Positions 30,874 to 40,620 are shown, counted from the stretch's first letter. The stretch: DNA of 64,000 nt from an uncultured Gemmatimonadales bacterium (GCA_963823035.1 CAWGKG010000004.1:320001-384000), one strand, 5' to 3'. Made by a program: numbers and translations. The notes: a model not told the origin generated them from the letters alone.

Positions 30874-31902
30874 GTGCTGAGCGCAGAGGATTACCGGGCC
30901 GTTTTCGAGGCGTCGCCGGATGGGATCATGGTCGTGGACGAGGAGGGTGTGATCCGCGACCTGAACGCCCAGGTGGAGGCGCTGTTCGGATTCGCGCGGG
31001 AAGAGCTACTCGGTGAGGCGGTGGAGATGCTCCTGCCCGACGCGTTCCGCACGGCGCACCGCGAGCATCGGAAGCGCTTCGTGCGGAATCCCCACGCCCG
31101 ACCCATGGGTGCGGGGCTCGAACTCCAGGGCCGGCGCCGGGACGGGACGGTCTTCCCGGTGGAGATCAGCCTGAGCCCGTGGAGGCGGGAGCAGGATCGA
31201 CGGGTGATCTGCGCGATCCGCGACATCACCGACCGCAAGCGCCTGCAGGACTTCTCGGAAGGCGCGCTCCGCTCGGTGGAGGAGGAGCGCCAGCGGATCG
31301 CACGCGAGCTCCACGACGACACGGCGCAGCGGCTGGCGACGCTCATGCTTCGCGTGCGGCTGCTCGGGATGGAGACCGACGAGGACCGGCGGCGGTTCGC
31401 CCTCGAGGAGCTGCGCGAGCAGATCCTGGAGGCCGCCGAAGGGGTGAAGCGGATCGCGCGCGGGCTGCGTCCGCCGGAGCTGGAGGAGGTCGGGCTGGTG
31501 TCGGCGTTCCACGCGCACCTGCGGAACCTTCGCGAGTCCACGGGGATCGAGGTGGAAGCCCACCTCGATTCCGTGGATCACTTGTTGAGCGACGAGGCGA
31601 AGCTGGCGCTGTACCGCATCGTCCAGGAGTCGCTCAGCAACGCGGTGCGCCACTCCGGCGCGGCGCGCGTCCGTCTGGCGCTTCGGGTGGAGAACTCCGT
31701 CGTCTCGGCGGAGGTGGAGGACGACGGGCGGGGTTTCCGGTCCGATCGCGTTTCGGAGCAGGGAGGAGGCCTCGGCCTGGTGGGGATGCAGGAACGGGCG
31801 GTCATGATCGGCGCCCGCATCACGGTGGACAGCACCCCCGGCGAGGGTACGCGCGTACGGGTCGAACTCCCTTCTTCGGCCGTGGAGGCCAAGAATGCCT
31901 GA
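30874..31902 (+). CDS. Cytoplasmic PAS (FixL-like) HisKA_3 sensor kinase; start approximate
   Basis: PAS LLPDAFRTAHREH...GRRRDGTVFPVEISLS, H-box RIARELHDDTAQ, ESLSNAVRH and DDGRGF. Confidence 0.9.
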   Translation: MLSAEDYRAVFEASPDGIMVVDEEGVIRDLNAQVEALFGFAREELLGEAVEMLLPDAFRTAHREHRKRFVRNPHARPMGAGLELQGRRRDGTVFPVEISLSPWRREQDRRVICAIRDITDRKRLQDFSEGALRSVEEERQRIARELHDDTAQRLATLMLRVRLLGMETDEDRRRFALEELREQILEAAEGVKRIARGLRPPELEEVGLVSAFHAHLRNLRESTGIEVEAHLDSVDHLLSDEAKLALYRIVQESLSNAVRHSGAARVRLALRVENSVVSAEVEDDGRGFRSDRVSEQGGGLGLVGMQERAVMIGARITVDSTPGEGTRVRVELPSSAVEAKNA

Positions 31903-32548
31903 AGGAACCAGGATTCTCCTCGTCGATGATCACGCGATGTTCCGCGCGGGGATCAAGGCGCTGCTGGAGGCGGAGGGGCGCCTACAGGTCGTGGGCGAGG
32001 CCTCGTCCGGCGACGAGGCGGTGGACAAGGTTCGGGAGCTCAAGCCCGACGTGGTGATCATGGACCTGTCCATGCCCGGATCCAACGGGCTCGAGGCCAC
32101 GCGGCGCATCGCCGCGCTGGAGCTGGACACGAAGGTTCTCGTGCTCACCGTGCACGCGGAGGAGGAGTACCTCGTGCCGGTGGTCGAGGCGGGGGCCAGC
32201 GGCTACCTGACCAAGACCAGCGCCGACAACGACCTCATCGAGGCCATCAAGGTGGTGGCGCGCGGCGAGGTCTACCTCCCGCCGAAGGCGACCACGCTGC
32301 TGCTGCAGCGCTACAAGGCGTCCGAGTCGGAGGAGGGCGCGAGCCTGCACGACCTCAGCACGCGCGAGCAGGAGGTGCTGGCACTCACGGCCGAGGGCTA
32401 CAGCTCCCGCGAGATCGGCAAGAAGCTGTTCATCAGCCCCAAGACCGTCGACACCTACCGCTCCCGCATCATGGACAAGCTCGGGCTGAACCACCGCTCC
32501 GAGCTCGTGCGCTTCGCGCTGCGGGTGGGGCTGCTCAAGGAGATGTAG
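31895..32548 (+). CDS. NarL/LuxR family response regulator
   Basis: ILLVDDH, IMDLSMP, GYLTK and HTH LSTREQEVL...ISPKTVDTYR. It overlaps the kinase stop. Confidence 0.95.
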   Translation: MPEGTRILLVDDHAMFRAGIKALLEAEGRLQVVGEASSGDEAVDKVRELKPDVVIMDLSMPGSNGLEATRRIAALELDTKVLVLTVHAEEEYLVPVVEAGASGYLTKTSADNDLIEAIKVVARGEVYLPPKATTLLLQRYKASESEEGASLHDLSTREQEVLALTAEGYSSREIGKKLFISPKTVDTYRSRIMDKLGLNHRSELVRFALRVGLLKEM

Positions 32549-32566
32549 GCCCCCTACTCGCTGGAT

Positions 32567-32623
32567 CTCTGCGGCCTCGGCGGCCTCTGTGATAAAAGCG
32601 GTTCAACCACAGAGGCCGCAGAG
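32567..32623. repeat. Palindromic REP-like element / bidirectional terminator between convergent genes
   Basis: CTCTGCGGCCTCGGCGGCCTCTGTG ... CACAGAGGCCGCAGAG, with two alternative stems. Confidence 0.5.
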
Positions 32624-32628
32624 GGAAT

Positions 32629-34921
32629 CTAGAAGTCCATGCGCAGCCGGAGCACCACGTCCCGCCCCGGGTTCAGCGCGAACCGCTTGTAGCGGCTGAG
32701 GAAGTCCTTGTACTCGGTGGCGGCCACGTTGCGCACACGCAGCTCGAGCGCGGCGTCGCGGCCCATGAGCGTTCCACGCAGCCCGCCCGACAGGTGCACG
32801 AGCGTGTAGCCGGCGACGTCGTAGTCGAGGGCGTTGAGGCGCTCGGGTGCCGCCACGTTCTCCACCTCTCCGCCGAGATACGCCCAGTGGCCCGGGCCCG
32901 GCCAGGAACCGTGGACCTCGGCGCCGAAGACGGCGCGCCGCGGCGGCATGAGCGGGAGCGGCTCGTCGCGCGTGTCGTTCGTCCCGCGCACGTAGTCGCC
33001 CTTCCCGGAGAGGGTGAGCCAGGGGGCCGCGTCCAGCTCCAGGGAGGCCTCGCCACCGGCGAGCACGGCGTCGGCCTGCTCGTAGTCGAAGACCTGGTAG
33101 CCGTCCATCGTCCGGTCGGTCGGCTGGATGAAGAGGAAGTCCTTGAAGTCGTTGCGGTACGCAGCGACCTGCCCGCGGACACGGCTCAGCCGCCAGTTCA
33201 GGCCGACGTCCAGGTTGAACGAGCGCTCCTTGTCGAGCGTCGGGTCGCCGAACTCGTAGCGTGCCTCACCGAGGCGGGGGCCGGAGGCGTAGAGCTCGAA
33301 GAGCGTGGGCGCCCGCCAGGCGGTGCCCGCGTTCCCGGTGAGGGAGACGCCGTCCACGAGGCTCCACGCGGCCCCGACGCTCCAGGTGACCGCCGGAAGG
33401 TGCGGGTGGGCTGCCCGTCCGCGTCCACCTGCGCCAGGTCCGAGCGGACGCCTCCGAGCAGCGTCACGGGCCCGCGCTCCACGCGCTCGAGCAGGAAGAC
33501 GCCGCCCGCGCGCTGGCTGGCGCCGGGCACGATGGGCAGCACGCCGTCGGTGGAGCTGCTCTGCAGCTTGCCGGTCACGCCGACCGTTCCGGAGGTGCTG
33601 GGGCGCGAGGGAGTGGTGCAGGAGCGCCTCGCCGAGCCCGGTGGTGAGCGTCAGGTCGAAGAGGGGCACTTCGACCAGGACGCCGATCGCGGCGGAGTCG
33701 GGGTCGTCCTCCATCTCGATGATGTTGTGGCGCTGGAGCTGGACGCGCGTCTCCAGGCGGGTGGGCCCGCCCATGGGGAAGTTGCCGAGAAGCTGGAGGC
33801 GGTCGTCCATGAGCTTGCGCTCCGGCCCGGCCTCCTCCACCCCGGGCTGCGCGCCGCCGGCGGGGGCATCCTCCTCGAGGAGCTTGAACTCCCCTCCGTT
33901 GTGCACGAAGCGCGTCGTGACGCTCCCCCACGGCCCGCGACGCACCAGCGCCCCCTCGGCGTTGAAGGCCAGGAAGCCCGTGTTGTCCAGCTCGCCGAGG
34001 GGCGTGTGCAGCGCCTCCGCGAAGCGCCCGTCGCCCATGACCCTCCAGCCCCAGGGCCCGCTCGCGCCCTCCCCGCGCACCACGGCGCCGGCCTCGCGGT
34101 TGTTCGTGGCGAAGGAGAGCTCCCCGCCGCTGCGGAAGAAGCCGTCGCCGCCGGCCGCGTCGGGGAGCGGCCGGGGGACGACGTTCACCACGCCGCCCAC
34201 GGCGTCGGCTCCGTAGAGCACCGAGGCCGGGCCGCGGATCACCTCGATGCGGTCGGCCATGGCGGCGTCGATGGCCGGGCCGTCCTCGTCGCTCCAGGCA
34301 TAGTCCTCCAGGCGGAGGCCCTGGGAGAGCACGAGCACCCGTGCGCCCGAGAGCCCGCGGATGATCGGCTTCCCGATCTCACGACCGGTGCTGAGCGTGC
34401 GCACGCCCGGGAGGTGCTCCAGCGTCTGCGCGAGCGAGACGCTCCTGTCGCGCTCGAGATCCTGCCGACCGAGCACGGATACGGGGAGGGGTGATCTCCC
34501 CGGTGACAGCGGCCCTCGCGCCACGGTCACGTTGAGCGGCTCGAGGGGAAAGGCGGCGGCCTCGAGCACGACCCGCACGGAACCGGAGCCTGAGCCGGGA
34601 ACATCCACGGTCACCACCGCCGTGCGGTACCCGATCCGGCGTACCTCGAGGGTGTACGTGCCGTCGGGCAGCTCGGGGATGCTGAAGCGGCCTCCCTCGT
34701 CCGTGCGGACCGATCGTTCGAGCTCCACGACCTGGACGCGCGCGCCCTCGATCGACACCCCCGCGGCGTCGACCACGGTGCCTGCGAGCGTCTCCCGACG
34801 GAGGCTGCGGGCTCCCCCGGAGCGCGGGGCACGAGCGGCCACCGGGGCGGCGCCGAGGGACAGGAAGCAGACCAGCGAAATGACGCGATGGGCGCGCCGG
34901 CGCGCGCCGAGGAAAGGTCAT
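32629..34921 (-). CDS. TonB-dependent receptor with N-terminal carboxypeptidase-regulatory-like domain; frameshifts near the start and ~33400-33600
   Basis: TDEGGRFSI, plug GKPIIRGLSGAR...IEVIRGPASVLYGADAVGGVVN, RAPTLFEL and C-terminal PGRDVVLRLRMDF. Confidence 0.88.
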
Positions 34922-34968
34922 CGGGGATTCGTCCTCGTGGCTTCGGGCGGGAAAGGTGGCAAGATATC

Positions 34969-35006
34969 GTGAACGGACCATGAATCCAAGATGAATGCTC
35001 CTTCAT
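34969..35006 (-). promoter_or_regulatory. OmpR-family operator (11-bp periodic TTCAY boxes) upstream of the TonB receptor
   Basis: The minus strand reads ATGAA-N6-TTCAT-N6-TTCAT-N6-TTCAC. Confidence 0.6.
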
Positions 35007-35094
35007 GTAGCCATGGGAGGCCATGGGGTGCACTATGTTCCGCCCCGGAGGACGCGGCCGGAGTCGGCCGCTCCGCGCGACAGGAGGGGAGCGG

Positions 35095-35775
35095 ATGCGC
35101 ATCCTGGTGGTCGAGGACGACAAGAAGGTCGCCAGCTTCCTCGAGAAGGGGCTCCGTGAGGAGGGGTACGCCGTGGACGTGGCCCACGACGGGACCGACG
35201 GGCTGATGAAGGCGCACGTGCACGAGTACGACCTCCTCCTGCTCGACATCATGCTGCCGGGGAAGTCGGGGCTCGAGATCGTGCGCGACCTGCGCTCGAA
35301 GGAGCGCACCGTGCCCGTGCTGATGCTGACCGCGCGCGACGACCAGGAAGACGTGGTGGTGGGCCTCGACGCCGGGGCCGACGACTACCTCACCAAGCCG
35401 TTCGGCTTCGACGAGCTGCTTGCGCGCATCCGTGCCCTGCTGCGGCGGGGTGGGGCGGCTCGTCCCGACCGACTGCTCTACGACGACGTGGAGCTCGACC
35501 GCGTGACGCACGTCGCGTCACGCGGCGGCGCCCGCCTCGATCTCACGCCCAAGGAGTTCCAGCTCCTCGAGTTCTTCCTCCTGAATGCCGAGCGCGTGGT
35601 GCGGCGCACCGAGCTCCTCGAGAAGGTGTGGGATCTGCGCTTCGATCCGATGAGCAACGTCGTGGACGTGCACGTCGGCCACCTGCGCCGAAAGCTCCGC
35701 GACGCCGGAGACGACCCGCTCCTGCACACCGTCCGGGGCGTCGGCTACCTCCTCCAGAAGGGCGCCGTCGGGTGA
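35095..35775 (+). CDS. Heavy-metal OmpR-family response regulator (CusR/CzcR-like)
   Basis: MRILVVEDD, LLDIMLPG, GADDYLTKPF, LTPKEFQLL, SNVVDVHV and LHTVRGVGY. Confidence 0.9.
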   Translation: MRILVVEDDKKVASFLEKGLREEGYAVDVAHDGTDGLMKAHVHEYDLLLLDIMLPGKSGLEIVRDLRSKERTVPVLMLTARDDQEDVVVGLDAGADDYLTKPFGFDELLARIRALLRRGGAARPDRLLYDDVELDRVTHVASRGGARLDLTPKEFQLLEFFLLNAERVVRRTELLEKVWDLRFDPMSNVVDVHVGHLRRKLRDAGDDPLLHTVRGVGYLLQKGAVG

Positions 35776-37232
35776 TGCGCTCGTTCCGATTCCAGCTCGC
35801 GCTGCGGGCGGCGGCGGCCATGGCCGTGGGGATGACGGCCGTCGGGGCCGTCACCTTCCTCGGGCTGCGCTCGATCCTGGACAGCGAGCTGGACGCCTCG
35901 ATCCTCAACGTGGCGTCCATCCAGGCCGCGTCGCTCACGGACGCGCCGGGCGGGGAGATGCACTTCCACGAGTGGGAGCTCACGCCGGAGGAGGCCGCCT
36001 CCCTCGAGGACCTGATCCGCTACGCGCAGGTATGGCAGGCGGACGGCGTGAGCCTGCTGCGCAGCCAGTACATGACGTCGGACCTGCCCCTGGACCGCGA
36101 GCACCTCGCGCGCGCGGAGGAGGGCAACGTCATCTGGACGCAGACGTCGTGGAACGGGATGCCGATCCGCGCGCTCTACTATCCGCTCGAGCGCTTCGGG
36201 ATGGCGCACGAGCGCCACGTGCTGGAGGTCGCCGCCCCCCTCGTGAAGCGGAACGAGATGCTGCTGCGCGTCGGGCTCTTCCTCGGCGCGCTCACGCTCG
36301 TGATGTCGGGCGCGACCTTCGCGGGCGCGTCCTGGCTGGCCGGGCGGGCGATGCGCCCCGTCCACGAGGTGATCGACCAGGCGGAGGTGATCCGTGCCGG
36401 CTCGTTCGACGCCGCATCCACGCCTACGCCGAGATGCGGGAGTACCGGCGCCTGGTGGACGTGCTCAACGGGATGCTGGGGCGGATCCAGGGGGCGTTCG
36501 AGGCGCAGCGGCGCTTCACGGCGGACGCGAGCCACGAGCTGCGCTCGCCGCTCACCGCGATGCGTGGGGAACTCGAGCTGGCGCTTCGCCGTCAGCGTCA
36601 GCCCGAGGAGTATCGGGTCGTGCTGGAGAGCACGCTCGAGGAGGTGGTGCGCCTGTCACGGATCACGGAGGACTCTCCTCGTGCTGGCCCGGTCGGACTC
36701 CGGTGCGCTGCGCCCCCGCCTGGAAGAGGTGGTCGTCGCGGAGGTGGCGGGCCGGGTGGTGGAGCGACTGCAGGGTCAGGCGGGCGAGAAGGACCTCGAG
36801 GTGGCGGTCACCGACGAGGGAGGCGCGACCGCCCGGGTGGACCCGGGGCTGGTCGGCCAGGCCGTGTGGAACCTGGTCGACAACGCGATCAAGTATGCGC
36901 CCGGGGGTGGGCGCGTGGACGTCCGCGTCGCGCGGCAGGGCAGCGACGTCGTGATCACCGTGGAGGACTCGGGCCCAGGCTTCCAGGATCCCGCGGAGGC
37001 CTTTCGCCGCTTCTTCCGCGAGGACGCGGCGCGCACGCATGGGACGTCCACGGACGGCACGGGGCTGGGGCTCGCGATCGTGCGTGCCGTGGCCGAGGCG
37101 CACGGGGGCCGTGCGTCCGCGGAGAACCGACCGGGGGGAGGCGCACGGGTTGCGGTGCGACTGCCGGCCGGCGCGGCAGGGGTCGCCCCCGCCGCGCCGG
37201 CCGCATTCCGTCCGGCGGCCCGCGGTTGCTAG
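35775..37232 (+). CDS. Heavy-metal sensor histidine kinase (CusS-like); two frameshifts (~36410, ~36675)
   Basis: Two TMs around a His-containing periplasmic domain (MHFHEW), FTADASHELRSP (shifted frame), NLVDNAIKY, DSGPG and GTGLGL. Confidence 0.85.
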   Translation: MRSFRFQLALRAAAAMAVGMTAVGAVTFLGLRSILDSELDASILNVASIQAASLTDAPGGEMHFHEWELTPEEAASLEDLIRYAQVWQADGVSLLRSQYMTSDLPLDREHLARAEEGNVIWTQTSWNGMPIRALYYPLERFGMAHERHVLEVAAPLVKRNEMLLRVGLFLGALTLVMSGATFAGASWLAGRAMRPVHEVIDQAEVIRAGSFDAASTPTPRCGSTGAWWTCSTGCWGGSRGRSRRSGASRRTRATSCARRSPRCVGNSSWRFAVSVSPRSIGSCWRARSRRWCACHGSRRTLLVLARSDSGALRPRLEEVVVAEVAGRVVERLQGQAGEKDLEVAVTDEGGATARVDPGLVGQAVWNLVDNAIKYAPGGGRVDVRVARQGSDVVITVEDSGPGFQDPAEAFRRFFREDAARTHGTSTDGTGLGLAIVRAVAEAHGGRASAENRPGGGARVAVRLPAGAAGVAPAAPAAFRPAARGC

Positions 37233-37241
37233 CGCGTCAGG

Positions 37242-37784
37242 CTACGAGCCGACCTTGAACGAGGCGCCGACGTTGATCGTCGACGCGCCGGCGCCCACGT
37301 CCGCGTAGAACGACGTCGCGGGCTGGAAGAAGTAGCGCACGCCGGCGCGGCCCACGAAGTAGATGCCGGAGTTCGCGCCGCAGTCGAAGCTGCCGCAGTT
37401 GTCGCTCACGATCCAGAAGCCGAGGCCCGCGCCGAGGAAGGGATCCCACTTGCCTTCTTCGACGTGGAAGTGGTAGTTGGCCGTGCCGCTGATCGGGATG
37501 TACGTCCAACTGTAGTGGCCCGCACCGACGCCGGCGCTGTAGTGCCACCAGTCGGCGCTGACCTCGAAGCCGAGCACGCCGTTGCCCATCTCAGGAAGGT
37601 CCTTGATGGCGTGCTCGAAGCGGCCGCCGATGGATACGGTTGCGTCTCCGATACCGCCCAGGCCGATCACCGCGGCCACATGGTTCGATCCGGCGGTGAA
37701 GCCCTGCGCCTGGGCGCGTCCGCTCCAGGCGAACGTGAGCAACAGGGCCGCGGCAGCGGCTATCCAGCGGGACGATCTCGGCAT
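37242..37784 (-). CDS. Small outer-membrane beta-barrel (OmpW/OmpA-TM-like)
   Basis: Signal peptide AQA, IPISGTANYHF, WDPFLGAGLG, GVRYFF and terminal VGASFKVG strand. Confidence 0.75.
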   Translation of the reverse strand: MPRSSRWIAAAAALLLTFAWSGRAQAQGFTAGSNHVAAVIGLGGIGDATVSIGGRFEHAIKDLPEMGNGVLGFEVSADWWHYSAGVGAGHYSWTYIPISGTANYHFHVEEGKWDPFLGAGLGFWIVSDNCGSFDCGANSGIYFVGRAGVRYFFQPATSFYADVGAGASTINVGASFKVGS

Positions 37785-37925
37785 TACTCCTCCTCGAATG
37801 GGGGGCAGGCGGGATGTGCACTATCGGTTGACCACCGGGCTGCAGGCGGCGCTCACAATACAGTACGCGAAACGCGGCCGGCAACCGTCATCGGCGCCGG
37901 AACGACCCTCCCCGGATCGTCGTTC

Positions 37926-37963
37926 CTGAAGGTTTCTTCATCGGGATCTCACGGGGCCTTCAC
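37926..37963 (+). promoter_or_regulatory. Second copy of the OmpR-family operator, upstream of the efflux operon
   Basis: CTGAA-N6-TTCAT-N6-CTCAC-N6-TTCAC. Confidence 0.6.
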
Positions 37964-38019
37964 GCCTCCGGAGCCAGCTTCCGTGCTACCAGACGGCGGA
38001 ACTCTCCGAGAGGTTGCAT

Positions 38020-39366
38020 GTGAACAGACGTCCCCAGGCTCCCTGGACCCTCGCGGCCGCAGCCCTGCTCGGCCTCGGGCCGGCCGGAGTCGCGGCCCAG
38101 GGCCGGCCCGCGACGGACGCCTCCTCCGCGCCGATCGCGGCACCCGGCGACAGCCTGGAGCTCGCGTCGGTGCTGGCGCTGGCGAAGGAGCGCAATCCGA
38201 GGCTGCAAGCCCTCGAGGCGGCGGCTGACGCGGCCGCGTACCGCGAGCCCGAGGCTTCGACGCTGCCCGACCCGATGCTCCAGCTCGGCGTCATGAACTT
38301 CGGGCTGCCGCACTTCAACGCCGACATGCCCACGTCGATGGCGCCCTCGCTGCAGCTCACGCAGATGATCCCCTTCCCGGGGAAGCTCTCCCTGGCCGGC
38401 GACATCGCTTCGTACGGGCGGGAGATCGCCGAAGCCGGTGCCGGCGAAGCGTGGTGGGAGGTACGCGAGCGCACGGCTTCGATCTTCTACGACCTGTATG
38501 CGCTGGATCGTCGCCTCGAGGTGATGCGCGAGACGCTCTCGCTCCTCAAGGACTTCCAGCAGGTGGCCAAGGCGATGTACGTGGCCGGCACCGGCCGGCA
38601 GGCCGACGTCCTGCGCGCCGACGTCGAGGTGGCGCGCATGGACGGAGACATCCGACAGATGGAGGCGATGCGCACCACGAAGGCCGCGCGCCTGAACGCC
38701 CTCCTCGACCGGCCCGCCGACACGCCGGTCGCGACCCCCGCGCTCGGTGAGCTTCCGGTGGACGTGCCCGACGGCGCCACGCTGCGCGCCTGGGCCAGGG
38801 CGAGCCGCCCGGTGCTCGAGCGCGGCAGGCTGGGCGTGGCCCGTGCCGAGAAGCGCAGCGGGCTCGCGCACCGGCAGATCTGGCCGGACCTGACCCTCGG
38901 CGTCTCCTACGGGCAGCGGAATCGCGGGCTCGGCACCGAGAGGATGGGCAGCGCGATGGTGGGGTTCACCCTGCCCGTGCATGCGGGGAGCCGTCAGTAC
39001 GCGGCCCGCGACGAAGCCGCCGCGATGGAGCGGCTGGCCGACGCGGAGCTCGGCGGGCTGGAGGCGGACGTGGACGCACGCATCGGCGAGCTGCTGGCCG
39101 AGCTCGACCGGACGCGCACGCTTGCGGACCTCTATCGCGGCGAGGTGATCCCCGAGGCGCACGCCACGGTGGAGTCGGCGTTCTCCTCGTACCGCGTCGG
39201 CGACGTGGATTTCATGACGCTGGTGGACGCCCACATGGCCGCCAACCGGTACGAGGGCGAGCTCTTCCAGCTCCTCGGTGACTACGGCAGGGCCGTCGCG
39301 GCCCTGGAATCGGCCGTGGGCCGCCCGCTCCCCCGCGACGGCGCCCTGATGGCGGAGGCACGATGA
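38020..39366 (+). CDS. TolC-family outer-membrane efflux protein (CusC/CzcC-like)
   Basis: ALAKERNP, LPDPML, QMIPFPGKL and YRVGDVDFMTLVDA. First gene of the RND operon. Confidence 0.9.
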   Translation: MNRRPQAPWTLAAAALLGLGPAGVAAQGRPATDASSAPIAAPGDSLELASVLALAKERNPRLQALEAAADAAAYREPEASTLPDPMLQLGVMNFGLPHFNADMPTSMAPSLQLTQMIPFPGKLSLAGDIASYGREIAEAGAGEAWWEVRERTASIFYDLYALDRRLEVMRETLSLLKDFQQVAKAMYVAGTGRQADVLRADVEVARMDGDIRQMEAMRTTKAARLNALLDRPADTPVATPALGELPVDVPDGATLRAWARASRPVLERGRLGVARAEKRSGLAHRQIWPDLTLGVSYGQRNRGLGTERMGSAMVGFTLPVHAGSRQYAARDEAAAMERLADAELGGLEADVDARIGELLAELDRTRTLADLYRGEVIPEAHATVESAFSSYRVGDVDFMTLVDAHMAANRYEGELFQLLGDYGRAVAALESAVGRPLPRDGALMAEAR

Positions 39367-40601
39367 ACACGAAGAAGCAGATCCTGTTGAGTGCCGGCAT
39401 CGTCCTGGCCGCCGTCGGCCTGGTGGCCTTCCAGCTCCGCGGCGACGGCCCCGAGGCTCCCGCTGCCGCGCAGGGCCACGACCACGCGGCGATGATGGCG
39501 GAGGCGGGCGACGACGCGAAGCCGGTGTCGCTGGACGCGGAGGGACAGCGACGCATCGGGGTGACGTACGCGACCGTGGAGCTCCGGGAGCTTCCCGTCT
39601 CGGTGCAGTCCGTGGGCACCGTGGCCTACGACGAGACCCGTCTGAGCACGGTGAGCCCCAAGGTCGCCGGGTGGGTCGAGAAGCTGTACGTCGACTTCAC
39701 GGGTGCCCCGGTGAAGGCCGGCCAGCCCCTGATGGAGGTCTACAGCCCGGCGCTGGTGTCGGCGCAGGAGGAGCTGGTCCTCGCGGCACGTCTCGTGGGG
39801 GAGGCGGGCGAGGGACGGGCGTCGGAGAACGCCCTGGAGCTCCTCCGGTCGGCCCGGCGCCGGCTCGCCTACTGGGACGTCTCGCAGGAGGAGATCGACC
39901 GCATCGAGCGGACCGGCGAGCCCACGAAGACGCTCACGGTGCGCGCGCCGGCGTCCGGCGTGGTGGTCGAGAAGAACGTGGTGGAGGGTGACCGGATCAT
40001 GCCCGGGATGACCGTCTACCGCATCGCCGACCTCTCCCGCGTGTGGGTCGAGGCCGAGGTCTTCGAGAAGGACCTGGCCTTGGTGCGGGAAGGACAGGCC
40101 GCCCAGGTGAGCTTCGAGGCCTATCCCGGCAAGGCGTTCGCAGGGAAGGTCACCTATGTGTACCCCACGGTCTCCGTGCAATCGCGCACGGCGCGCGTGC
40201 GGGTGGAGCTCGCCAATCCCGGGCTCACCCTGAAGCCCGGCATGTTCGCGAAGATCGGCCTCGACGTGCCGCCGGGGGCGCCCACGCTGGTCGTGCCGCG
40301 CAGCGCCGTCATCGCCACGGGGGAACGGGCGCTCGTCTTCGTCCAGGCCGCCGACGGCATGCTCATGCCGCGCGAGGTGCAGATGGGACGTACCTCCGGC
40401 CAGCTCCAGGAGTTGCTCGCCGGCGTGGAGGCGGGGGAACGCGTGGTGTCGTCGGCCGCCTTCCTGGTGGACGCGGAGTCGAACCTGGGCAGCATGACCT
40501 CGATGCCCGGCATGGACATGGGGGCTCCCGGCGGTGACACCGCCAGGGACGGCATGCAGGGGATGGAAGGCATGGACCCCTCCGGCCACGAAGGCCACTG
40601 A
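39363..40601 (+). CDS. cusB: RND periplasmic adaptor (CusB-like) with Met/His-rich termini
   Basis: GWVEKLYVDFTG, YSPALVSAQEE, IADLSRVWV, LKPGMF and FLVDAES. Carries GHDHAAMM and an MPGMDM...HEGH tail. Confidence 0.85.
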   Translation: MNTKKQILLSAGIVLAAVGLVAFQLRGDGPEAPAAAQGHDHAAMMAEAGDDAKPVSLDAEGQRRIGVTYATVELRELPVSVQSVGTVAYDETRLSTVSPKVAGWVEKLYVDFTGAPVKAGQPLMEVYSPALVSAQEELVLAARLVGEAGEGRASENALELLRSARRRLAYWDVSQEEIDRIERTGEPTKTLTVRAPASGVVVEKNVVEGDRIMPGMTVYRIADLSRVWVEAEVFEKDLALVREGQAAQVSFEAYPGKAFAGKVTYVYPTVSVQSRTARVRVELANPGLTLKPGMFAKIGLDVPPGAPTLVVPRSAVIATGERALVFVQAADGMLMPREVQMGRTSGQLQELLAGVEAGERVVSSAAFLVDAESNLGSMTSMPGMDMGAPGGDTARDGMQGMEGMDPSGHEGH

Positions 40602-40620
40602 GCGCGGAGGGAGCCGAGCC

